From assembly GCF_006345805.1 (NCBI RefSeq), contig NC_043003.1, forward strand, positions 108,748,001-108,812,000: a stretch of 64,000 bases of DNA, read 5' to 3'. This DNA is from Octopus sinensis (Eukaryota). The notes beneath the pieces were generated by a model. It searched no databases, was not told the origin of the DNA, and saw nothing but the letters and a program-made list of their open reading frames with translations. Positions within the stretch are counted from its first letter, which is position 1; every line of letters starts with the position of its first letter. Made by a program: the position numbers and the translations under genes. Of this stretch, positions 13,655-25,273 are shown piece after piece.

Positions 13655-14001
13655 CTCTTTAGCATTCAGATTACTCTGTCAAATGTAATATTTATTCACA
13701 TTGTTTTGAATTAATTATGCATTATCTTGTAACTGAGATTTCGAAGATGTGATTGGTTATGTCAAATTGTAGGGTAGGTGTGAGAGGCCAGGTCTAGCTG
13801 GTTTCAACACAAAATGGATAGAAAATTTTGGCTGGATATGACCTGTTTAAATGCTAAAGGGTTTATCATGTAGTATCTTGTAGCTTTGAGATTTTGATGA
13901 TGTGATTGTGGAGTAAATCTGTGAGGTCAGATCTGGCCAGTTTGGACATAAAACAAGTAGGATATTCGGGCATGATAAAGGCCAGTTTAAATGCTAAAGG
14001 G
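13655..14001. mobile_element. Second TTAA MITE family (ccctttagcatt...aatgctaaaggg): one copy plus a tandem partial copy
   Basis: Ends aatgctaaaggg at 13861 and 14001; related copies at 26756-26972 and 39972-40613. Confidence 0.8.
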
Positions 14002-15500
14002 TTAAAATATTAGAATGTGGTTTGAAGGAGATTAAATTGCTGCTTCAAGTCAATGAAGTTGTTATACAGATGCTACCTCGGTAGCTTACGAAGAGAGATT
14101 TGATACTGCTCTATTGAATACCCTGAACAATTACAGCATAGAAGCTACCTCCACATCTGGTTCACAAGACTGTGTGCAGTAAATTTCAAACTGTTTTCTA
14201 TCTACAGCACAGTGAACACAATATAAGCCCTTTTGAAAGCAACCTACCTGAAATTACCCTTAGCCCTATGATACAAACTGCTTGCTTAAAAGTAATCAAA
14301 ATTAATATTTTTTATCAAAATTTTATGTAAATTAATGATCAAAACACTAACTTAATACAGTTATTTCACTAAATTATTTTTTTTTAAACAAAGCCTGAAT
14401 TTCAGCAAAAATATGGTAACAAAAGAGTTGAAATATTATGGAACACTAACTTTTAATTTAAAAGTTTACTACATAAAATAAAATAGCCAGTACTGAATAA
14501 GTTTTAAAGAGAAACATGTATATTATATGCATTGTACTTTGTCACAAAGGAAGACATGCAATGGTGGAAAGAGGGTTGCTCCCCAATTACATGGTTTCAG
14601 ATTCATTCAGTCTCACTGTGTGGCACCTTGGACAAGTGTCCTTAATTATAGCCATCTTCTGGGGCAACACTTTTCCTCCCATTTTGTCTGTTGGGACCAT
14701 GAGGGGGTCTGAATTGCAGGAAAATGCACGTTCCATGCCTAAATATAAAGTTACCCCACATAAACAAATTTGACCTGTCATCTGAATGTTTGTCTATTTT
14801 CATAAAATCGAGACAAATCTGTATTTTTATTTATTTAAAACTGGATTTAGCTTTAGATGATGGACTGAGATTTTTCTTGCCCAAGAACAATGTAATCCTC
14901 ACTGAAGGAGATAAGGAGAGATTTGCTAGACCAAAATATTTCCCCCCAAAATCATTGAAAGTCTAGATGATATTTGTTGGGAATTGGGTTGACCAAAGCC
15001 TTTGTGAATGGATCTGGTTACCAGAAATTCAAAGCTTATCATGTGTGTGTGAGTGTGTGCATGCGCGCGTGTTGGTTTGTTTTGATCCCCATAACTTAGC
15101 AGTTTGGCAAAGAGATCAATTTAATAAGTACCAGACTTGAGCAATAAAAATATATACTAGGGTTGATTTGTTCAACTAAATTCTTCAAGGTAGTGCCCCA
15201 GCATGGCTGCAAACCAGTGACTGAAACAAGTAAGAGATAAAAGAAAAATCCCAGCATTATTTGACTGGCCTCACCTGGGGATAATATAAGGCATAATTGC
15301 TGTAAATGTCTTTTCTGTGTGTGTCAATAATAAGATAGGGTCAGCATAAGAAATAAGATAGATATTCTCAATTTCTTAAAATGGAAGAAACTGTCACAGG
15401 TGTGACAACCACAAGCTTGGTGTAATAAACATCCTCATTAACAAAATATCAATTAAAAGACAACCAACATTAACAAAATAACTCTAAACATGATATTTAC

Positions 15501-15545
15501 CGTGAATATCCGAAATTCATTGTTCCGCGTTCTTCTAAAGCTCTC
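15501..15545 (-). CDS. 45-nt symmetric internal exon of the same putative gene (phase 2: RALEERGTMNFGYSR; phase 0 alternative ESFRRTRNNEFRIFT)
   Basis: Strong acceptor ttttttttcttcttcttttcacag| and donor ACG|gtaaat. CpG-containing unique sequence in AT-rich surroundings. Length is a multiple of 3 and the phase is compatible with the 46 kb exon. Confidence 0.72.
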
Positions 15546-16727
15546 CTGTGAAAAGAAGAAGAAAAAAAATTATATATCAGTATTAATATAAGCCAATCCC
15601 AAACATTAATACTCCAATAAATAATTCATTTATCCCTTGTGTATTAAAGTGGAAAAATCCACATCAACCGAGTCTGAGTAGAAAGCATAAGCTTTTATCA
15701 TCAAGTTTTAGTAATCCATCTGTGGATTACTGGAAATGTTTGGTGATTATCAAATAAAATATGCTGGTTTTGAGTCATAATTTTTCCCTGTCTTATATCA
15801 TTTGCTGACAGACTCAAAATTACATCATAAGAGGGCCTATCACAATTTTCTAATAAAACTTAATAGGAAGGCCTTTATATGGTCTATTAGACCTGCTGGA
15901 AATAATAGCCAAATCTCTTTCAAGGCTTACTATACATTAAAATAGAAAAATAAAAAGCCTGATTTAAAAAAAGGACAGGAAGGCTATGGTTGGAATGGCA
16001 TTGATCATAGTTGACCTTGGGCGAAACAACTACCATCACAATCTAAGGAAACACAAGCAATGGTGGAGGTAGGGTGGGGTATTTAATAAGCTCAATAAAG
16101 CAGTTAAATAAACCCCTTAACAAATCTTTTAGTGTCTTTTTTTGTTTGTTTTAAATCAATAGTACTTGTATCCAGTACTATGTGTTTAGTACTTAACTAA
16201 TTCACAACAAACAGTGGGTCACACAAGAAAGATGGAGAGAATGTTATTCGAATACAGGTTAACTTCATTACAACAAAGACTATCTTCGATGTCTTGTAAG
16301 TTGGAGTTGTGAGTTATTGTTAAGGATTTTGAGTGTCTATGTCAAATCTGCTCAAGGGATGCACCAGTACAAGTGATCCACAATGATAACTCCAGTCAAT
16401 GCATACCTGTATGCATTCCTGCCTGATTGAACCTGTTCCTCCCCTCAAACTCTCATCTCCCTTCTGCCCTACTTCTTGGACCACTGTCACCTTCAAGGAT
16501 TACCTTTATCCCTGAACTCCACCCAGATTACCACTGAAACTCTGTATTATTTGGATTACCATTTGTTGGATCTTTCAGCACACCGTTGTTGATTTGGATC
16601 AATAGTTCAGAGTTAGGAAACAAATTATAGATTGTCATAAGCTAAACTCTGAATTGAAATTATATTTCCAACGTTTTGCTTTTGCTCTTCAACACATCAT
16701 TTAACCTTACAGTAGTTATTTCTGAAG

Positions 16728-17030
16728 GCACAAAGTTTAGTGGTTAGAGTATTCAGCTCTTGATTGCAAAGTTGGGGTTCAATTCCCAGTGAGGCGTTGT
16801 GTCCTTGAGCAAGACACTTTATTCTATGTTGCTTCAGTCCACTCAGCTAGCAAAAATTTGTAGTATCTGTAATTCAAAGAGCCAGCCTTGTCACACTGAA
16901 TCTCTCTGAAAACTTTGTTAAGGCTATTCAAGTCTGTGGAGTGCTCAGTCACATGCATGATAATTTCACGAGCAGGCTGTTCTGCTGATCGGATCAACTG
17001 AATCCTCGTTGTTGTAACTGATGGAGTACC
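16728..17030 (+). mobile_element. Degenerate tRNA-derived SINE
   Basis: tagtggttagagt...gttcaattccc...ccttgagcaagacacttt; 3' part matches 22080-22250. Confidence 0.8.
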
Positions 17031-17449
17031 AGTTTAAGCTATTTCTGGAGTTGCGAAAAAAAAAAAAGAAAATGGTTGTTGGATATTAAAAACACTGTAT
17101 ATAATAAAACCCACCTTTTTCTTTTTATTACTGCATGAAAATAATGACCCGTGCCTCTTTATTAATTAGCCTGTTTGATACCAACCTACCTAAGACCACT
17201 CCAGCTTCTATGACACAAACTTCTTGCTCTAAAGTGATCTAAATTAAAACTTTCCATCAAAATTTCATGTTAATTTTGGTTTCAAGAACCAGCTTACTGA
17301 TGACAAAGCTTTTCCTATTAATTTTTTAAATTATTTAAAAAATTATGTGAATCAAAAGCAACATATTTTAACAAAAATATGTTAATAAAAGGATTAAATA
17401 ATCAATCTCAATTTCCAAACTACTTTGTGTCCATTTTTACAGTTAATTA

Positions 17450-17812
17450 TCTCTATATATATAAACGGCAAAATGTCTGTGTGTGTCCTTTATACAAATC
17501 CACAATTTTTCAATTAGAAGGCTCGCACTTTCTATGGCCATTCAAAACCGTCCAAGGGTGGTCGTGCACATCTTTACATTTCCCCAGTCACCCAGCAAAG
17601 CCATTAAAAAAATCAATAGAAGTAACATTTTTGTGAATTTTCTATCCAAAACCCAATCAAAATGCCCAAAACTTGATACGCCAATTGAATGCCAGCGAGC
17701 TGTATGTGATTGGTCAGAGATTTGGACAGTACTCGCGTGTATGTGCGCACACACGCAGCTGTATATGCATGCACTAGCACTATGACCCGGCATTGCCAGG
17801 TCATAGTGCTAG
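17450..17812 (+). mobile_element. Non-autonomous Helitron
   Basis: 5' A|TCTCTATATATATAAA, 3' hairpin cactatgacccggca-t-tgccaggtcatagtg, then CTAG|T. Inserted at AT with no TSD. Confidence 0.8.
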
Positions 17813-18851
17813 TTATATCTACAGGTCCAACAAATAATGGTTATGACTGCAGATGACCGAGAATCCAGAGACATTCAAAAGTGTCTCCCCCATTTGCTTG
17901 GCCTGACACAAATGTGAGCTAACTCTCTAATCGTTATTTTTCCCAATTACTGTATTTAAAGCAGTTATTTCTGACACTACAATCAAACACACCTTTTTAT
18001 AACCTAAATATGTAGTCATAACCAATTTTATAATTAATCTTATACACTATATATTGTTCTGAAATTTTATGTACCTTTACAAGCAAGCAGTTGATTACAA
18101 TATATGCATCAGATTAGGTAAATATGCAGTTGATTAGAATGGATTAAAGTACGGTCAGTAAACTTCATACATCATTGATGAGTGAAATTCAATTTCGCGG
18201 TTATTCCAGGAATGATGCAAATATCTACCAAAAATTATAATTTGTATTTTCTGCAAGTCATGTTGAATAATATGATTGAATAAAAATTCAATCATATTAT
18301 ATTGATATAGTTGGAATATATGTAACTTATATTTGATGAATACTAGATACTGCTTTGATATTTGGATAGAAATGAATGAATTTTAGCCTTAAAGTACCAC
18401 TCATTTCCAAAGTCAGTTCGTTAATAATTCAGCACCCTTAATGTCCAAAATCATTCCAGGTGTTTATCACCACCTGGAATAACCACACATGTCACTATCA
18501 GTCAATAATGACCACTTTCCTAACACCTAGATTTAAAGAATCTCCATTCGTCTTTTGATACAACAAAAGCCTTTATGACATTTACTCTGAACCCACAGCA
18601 TTTAATTTACCAAGAGTTACATGGCATCAACATCGATCCTGGTTTTTCAAAACTGATTTACCAAAATCCAAACAGTAATGGAAGATCAAATAGCATAAGA
18701 CATCATTTTGGGTTGTTCTTAATAGGCTCATATAATTTTCAGGTTAAACCATTTCCTAATACGACAATAGTTGAAAAATGCACATGATAATCACATGAAA
18801 AACTGCAATAATATTCTAGTGGCCAAGAAGGCAAGAAGGAAATAAAATGAT

Positions 18852-18893
<42 letters not shown>

Positions 18894-21287
18894 GGGGAGG
18901 GAGAGAAGGGGGTATAAAGAGCAATATATTGCTGAATATCACAAAAATTTCAGTGGTTACAATTGATTACCCACAGCAATTTTAATAGACATAATTAGCT
19001 ACTAAGCAAAGATGCTCCTTGAATATGCATTGTGTGTATATATATACACACACACACACACGATTGCATAAATACATATAAGTACTTACATCATACATAC
19101 ATTATATATATATATACATCATCATCATCATCGTTTAACGTGATGATGATGATGATGTGTATATATATAATGTATGTATGATGTATGTAAGTACATATAT
19201 GTATTTATGTTATCATGTGTGTGTGTGTGTATGTGTGTGTGTATGTATATATATATATACATATATATATGTATATCACACACTGAGAGAGAATAGCAAG
19301 AAAAAGTGAGAGAGGCCCAAAAACCGAGGCTACACACAACTTTGACGGTTTTCCCAATATTAGAAATGCAAAATAAATGAAAAGAAAACATATAAAAAAG
19401 AAAAAAAAAACCCAGCTAAGAATAGGCAGCTAGGAGGAAATTCTGTCACCTTTGTAGCATTCTTGATAGATGTATTATAAATAGACAAAGTTATTGCAAA
19501 TCTAAAGAGAAAGCAAAACAGCAAGACAACACACACACACACACACACAGCAAGAATAAATGCTCTTGATTCAGAACGCATATGTTACTTGTAACATTGG
19601 CTTGGCTGGCACAGTTGTTCCATGACATACCTTAATTAAGTCAGAGTAAAAACAAAACAAAACAAAACAATATCATGCATAGAGGACAGAGTTACAGTTA
19701 TTCGATAACCAATCTTTCTTTCTCCTACAATGTCTCTCTCCCCCACTCTATTCCTTCACCCCAAAGTATTAGAGTTATTCCAGGTTTCACAGAGCCAGTA
19801 CAAATTTATTAAGAGCTTTCTTATCTTATGCTTTGTTTTGTGCGAGTGTTTTCTCTCTCTCTCTCTCTCTCTCTCTATCTTCCCTCAAAGCACTGAGAAA
19901 TATTCAACTGTTGCTGAAGTTACTGTAAGAAATAGTTGGCACAATTACACACACACACAACAGAGTGTGTAGCGATAGACTGAAACTCTTGTTGCAGAGA
20001 GAACTGTAACAACAATATGTAATAACTATGCAACATATTTACCATTCTCTTCACAAAAATATACAACAGCTGATTTTTTTTTTTGCAATTTTGTGTTTTG
20101 AGAATTTATAGTGCACAGCTTTACCTGAATGAGTCTGTATGGGCAAGCATGCACATGTTTGGATTTGGGGTGTGCATTTTGGACAAGTGCGTGTGTGTGC
20201 AAGTGTGTGTGTGCATTTGAGCAAGAGCATGTGTATGTGTGCATGAACAAACGTGCATGCATATATAGACTGATGTGTGGATGCAGGTTTTGGCAAAAGT
20301 GTGTGAACATATTTGCACACATGTTAAGGCGAATGCGTATGCACATGCTTAGAAAAACGTATATGAATGCATAGGTGAATGTGTGCACATGTTCAAGGAA
20401 ACATTATGCATCTATGGGTAAAATGTTTGTATAGAGATGAACACATACATGTGTGCAGGTACAGATAACCATGTGCATGTAAAGACTAATGCATGTACAT
20501 ATATATGATCAAAAGCGTGCAAACATGTATGAACAAGTGAGTGCATGTGTGTGAGCAGGTGCGTGTATGCATGAGCAGGTGCGTGTATGCATGAGCAGGT
20601 GTGTGTCGGCATTTGTGTGCATGAATATGAAAATAGGATTATATATTTATTGTGTGCTTATTTCAGGGTTAGATATATCAAGCAATGACATTACATAACA
20701 ACCGCTTTCTTTTCCCTGTCTTCCAACCCCTATTTCACCCTCCGATCCTCTCACTTCATAATTCTGAGGTGTTAACAGTCGACGCAATTAAGCTGGTTTG
20801 GTCTTTCTTTTTAATCTAACATAAATCTACTCTACATGTTTAAAAACAGTGAAACCAGTTAAATACAACAAACCTCACTATCTGTGGAAGCTTTAGCAGA
20901 CCATTTAGACCAAAGCAGTTCCTGAACGGGTATTTTACCTCGTTCGACATGCTGTTCTTTGCGTACAGATACAGACACGTGTATCACCATCATTTCAATA
21001 TCCATTTTTCCATACTTGCATGGTTTGGGTGGAGTTTATTGAGGGACATTTCCTATGGCTAGATGCAAGGCCATGGCCAAACCTATTCTTAGGGAACATT
21101 GGCAATGAATGACAGTGACAATCATTTAACAACTATCACAGAATATCAAGACAAGGAGGGAGTTACACACAGATGAATGACAAGCTGCTTTCAGATTCCA
21201 CTCACAAGGCTTGAACAGCCAAGAGCTATAACAGAATACACTTAACCAAAGTACTATGAAGTGTGTGTGTGTGTGTGTGTGTACGTA

Positions 21288-21511
21288 TGAGAGTGGTGGT
21301 GAAAAGTTCTGGGCTTTGAGGTTATCACAAAAAGCCTGGTTGGAAGTACAACGTGCCAAGTTCTTTTACAGGGCTTAGAAAAACTGATGGATTGCTGCAA
21401 TAAGCATGTGAATCTGAGAGAGGAATATGCTGAATAAAATCAGAATTAACTGATACTCCAGTATTTTCTTTCACCCCAAAGCCACCGGGATCTTTTCAAC
21501 CCACCTCTCAT
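21288..21511 (+). mobile_element. Mariner-derived MITE retaining the transposase C-terminus
   Basis: TIR-like tgagagtggtggtgaaaagt / cttttcaacccacctctca; internal QGLEKLMDCCNKHVNL.EEYAE* resembles the mariner end GIxKL..RW.KC...G.YVE*. Confidence 0.75.
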
Positions 21512-21540
21512 GTGTGTGTGTGTGTGTATATATATATAAA

Positions 21541-21869
21541 GACCCCCTTCGGTCATGAATGACCATGGGATTGCACCTAGAAAGTTACCCTCCTAGACAC
21601 AAGTCCGGGCAAGGTTGTTTATGGAAGGCTAGCAGTCGCCCATGCATACCAGCCTCCCCTCTCCACACCACCAGTGTTATCCAAGGGAAAGACAAAAGTC
21701 GATACAGCTTGGCACCTGTGACATCGCAACTCATTTCTACAGATGAGTGAACTGGAGCAACGTGAAATAAAGTGTCTTGCTCAAGAACACAACACGCAGC
21801 CCGGTTCGGGATTCGAGCTCACAACCTCACGATCGTAAGCTCGATGCTCTAACCACTGAGCCATGCGCC

Positions 21870-21870
<1 letters not shown>
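21541..21870 (-). mobile_element. tRNA-derived SINE with CORE-like middle
   Basis: Minus head ggcgcatggctcagtggttagagc...gctcgaatccc, then cttgagcaagacactttatttcacgttgctccagttcactc. Confidence 0.85.
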
Positions 21871-21945
<75 letters not shown>

Positions 21946-21947
21946 GA

Positions 21948-22250
21948 GGCCCAGTGGTTAGGGCAGCAGACTCGTGGTCATAGGATCGTGGTTTCATTCC
22001 CAGACCGAGCCTTGTGTTTATTGGGTGGAAACATGTAAAGCTCCATTCTTTCACCACAACTTTCTCTCACTGTTTCTGTTGTACCTGTATTTCAAAGGGC
22101 CAGCCTTGTCACACTGAATCTCCCTGCAAACTACATTAAGGGTACACGTGTCTGTGGAGTGCTCAGCCACTTGCACATTAATTTCACGAGCAGGCTGTTC
22201 TATTGATCGGATCAACTGGAACCTCATTGTCATAACCGACAGAGTACCAT
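21948..22250 (+). mobile_element. tRNA-derived SINE, head-to-head with the 21541-21870 copy across (TA)n(GA)n
   Basis: Head ggcccagtggttagggcagcagactcg...ggtttcattccc; body shared with the 16728-17030 copy. Confidence 0.8.
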
Positions 22251-23346
22251 AATATATATTACGGAGATGTACTTGCATAGCAAGTGACCCAATCTGAGAT
22301 TGTGTGCTGAAACAAAAACAACTGCAGTGTTGAAGGTGTTTATAAGCCATTTAAAAACACCCCAAAAAACTGTCAAATTCACTTCAGCATTTAAATTTTA
22401 TTTTAATTTGAGTATACATACATACATACATATATGGATATATATAATCCAAAAGAAACATATAGTAAATAAACATACAAACATAAACTAAATACACAGA
22501 TGAACAGAAAATACAGGTCACTAACTTCTCTTCAGTTATCGGCCAGAGGGTCAAGTGCAATTTCTGCCATTATCGATAATATTGCTTCCACTCTGGAGGC
22601 ACCAGCAAGAAACTTACCGAGAATGGGACCAAAACGAGAGAGAACTGTTTTTCTAGAAAGCATCTTATATTAAAGGTACAGCTATGTTTGAGTTTAGTTT
22701 GTCACATTGACGTGATAATACAATAGCATTTTTAAGTCCATTAACACTTTGAAACCTTGGCCTCATCATCCAAATAAAATCATAGTAATGGTGGTTGCCT
22801 AACACGTTAACAAACTTGGGTAGAAAATATCCAATGTAACCTTTTAGACTTCTCCAAGGTCGGTAAATGAGATGAGAAAGTGTCACAGATGAGATGCAGG
22901 AAGGCATGCATGATTTACTGGTGACCCGACAAACTTAGCCCAGCATGAAGTACCAAACGCTATTAAAACTGACAAGGAGGATCTTCATCTTATTTATTCA
23001 GATAAAAACATACAAACACAACTTAAATATGTTTTCTGTTAGCAATTATTTCCTATTCAGTGAAAGATAAAAATAATTGCAGCAAATATCGATCGCTATC
23101 AAGAAAGTTGAAAGGTTCATCGATTTATTGAGACCAGCCAATCAATAAGTTTAAACTTTACTACAAAGTATTTACTGGCCAACTGAAATTCATGAAAAAA
23201 GAAATAAATTATGCTTTAAATAACCTTCACAGCGTGTGTCAGGTAGGAAGGTGAATGTGGTGAGGTGATGGGGAAATTTCAATATCAGCTCTTAAAGATA
23301 ATATAAAATTCATGAAGACTCTACAGTTTTGTATTTAACCAAGTAT

Positions 23347-23414
<68 letters not shown>

Positions 23415-23954
23415 ACACACGTCATCATTGATCTCCAAGCTGGCTAATTCAACAGGGTTTGATAAGTTGGGAGACTACATCATGCTCTATTTTGGCACCG
23501 TTTCTATTGTTGGATACCTGCCCTGATGCCAGCACCAGCACTAGTGAGGTTGCTTTGTAACTTGCAAAGACTAAAAGCCTTAACGGGACACTTGATAAGC
23601 AAGGAGAATAAAATGAGAGAGAGAGAGAGAGAGAGATGTGATTTTAGGCAAGGTGATGAGAGGGGGAGTAGACCTTGATGTGAGGAACAGATTCATAGTT
23701 ATGAGAGGTGGCAGGTAGGTTGATATATGTGAGACCACAAACCAAATAACCAGAAACATACTATTAGTAACCATGCAAACCAGTACAAACTCTGCCATAG
23801 TTGGACTGTTGGTGATGAAACCAGCAACCATCTCCAAGCTTGCTACATAAGGAGGAGGATTTTTGGACACATTGTTGGATAAAAAATAAAATCAGTCAAA
23901 CAGATGCCCTCAAGAGAATAAATGGCCACCCCCAAGTGTGTGTATATAAGCATT

Positions 23955-24111
23955 GACTTGACTTGACTTGAGACAGCATTCACCCGGGGTGGGTTGAGCT
24001 GGCTTTATTTATCCTCAATGCTGCATCTCTCACAAACGCCAACCATGCCTGGCGATTTGAGGCTAACGACCGCGTGATCACCAACCACTAATTCCAGCGG
24101 CAAATATTCCC
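23955..24111 (-). mobile_element. Short 3' end of an RTE-like LINE with (CAAGT)n tail and 12-bp TSD
   Basis: TSD tatataagcatt at 23943-23954 and 24112-24123. Minus frame reads LASNRQAWLAFVRDA...STHPG* followed by tcaag repeats. Confidence 0.75.
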
Positions 24112-24131
24112 TATATAAGCATTAACAAATA

Positions 24132-25273
24132 GGTATCAAAATGTTCCTAGACTAGTTCTGTAGCATGCCAACAGATGGCAGCACACATCTTCATGAGGCA
24201 GTGTGCTGAGTAACATCATTGTGTTTATTTCACAAGTTGTGAAATTTGTGTCTTTGTAATCACGTTTATGTTGTGGTCTGCAATTTCGTGATGCAGAGCA
24301 ACAAAGAGATAACATGAAATTTTGTGCTAAACTTGAGAAGTCTACGACAGAGACATTGGCCAGAGACATTGGTAAGTTTATGGCGATGAGGTAATGGGTT
24401 GTACACAATGTTTCAAGTGGAATGGGTGCTTCAAAAGTGGAAGAACATCCTGGGAAGATAAGCAATCTGGAAGACCTGCTATGAGTATCACACCCATAAA
24501 TGTGGTGTTGTACATCAAAAAGTCATCCCCCAGGGCCAGACTGCCAATTGGGAGTTCTACTGTGACATTTAGAAGTATTTCAGGGAAGACACTCAGCGAA
24601 AGCAACTGGACCTGTCGAGTGCAAAGAATTGGATTCTTCATGTCGAGCGCTAAGAATTAGATTCTTCATAATGCACCTTGTCACTGAGATCTCTTCACTC
24701 GTGAGTTTCTTGCCAAAAACAACATGGTATTGCTTCCACAAGGGTGGCGAGCTGGCAGAGTGGTTAGCACACCGGGCGAAATGCTTAGCAGTATTTTGTC
24801 TGCTTTTATGTTCTGAGTTCAAATTCCGCCAAGGTCGACTTTGCCTTTAATCCTTTCGGGGTCGATTAAATAAGTACCAGTTATGCACTGGGGTTGATAT
24901 AATCGACTTAAACCGTTTATTTGTCCTTGTTTGTCCTCTCTGTGTTTAGCCCCTTGTGGGTAGTAAAGAAATAGGTATTGCTTCCACAACTGCCTTTTTT
25001 GCTAGATTTAGGACCTGCGGACTTCTGTCTCTTTCCCAAGATGAAAACGCAGCTCAAAGGTTGCTGTTTTAACACTGCTGTCAAGATCCAGAATTATGGA
25101 AGACCCTCAGCTCACTTATGGAAAATGACTTCCAGGCTGAATTCCAAAAGTGGCAGGAACATGGGGACCAGTGTATTGCTGTGCATGAAGACTATTTTGA
25201 AGGTGATAACTTAGGTAAATAAGTTATTTTTAATTAAACATAACTAGTCCAAGAACCTTTTGATATCATCTTG
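24132..25273 (+). mobile_element. Internally deleted, degenerate mariner transposon
   Basis: TIR tatcaaaatgttcctagactagtt / aactagtccaagaaccttttgata. Remnants of EQRDNMKFC, FKSGRTSWED..SGRP, a HDNAP-like motif and DLGPADFCLFPKMK (YSPDLAP motif). Confidence 0.88.
24742..24973 (+). mobile_element. Young tRNA-derived SINE (family B) inserted in the mariner, 16-bp TSD
   Basis: TSD ggtattgcttccacaa at 24726-24741 and 24974-24989. A-box-like TGGCAGAGTGG and B-box-like GTTCAAATTC. Confidence 0.92.

Noticed and set aside
19450-19501. 52-nt exon candidate (FAITLSIYNTSIKNATK)
   Set aside because: Good acceptor, but weak donor (gtgaca), frame-shifting length and intron-like composition.
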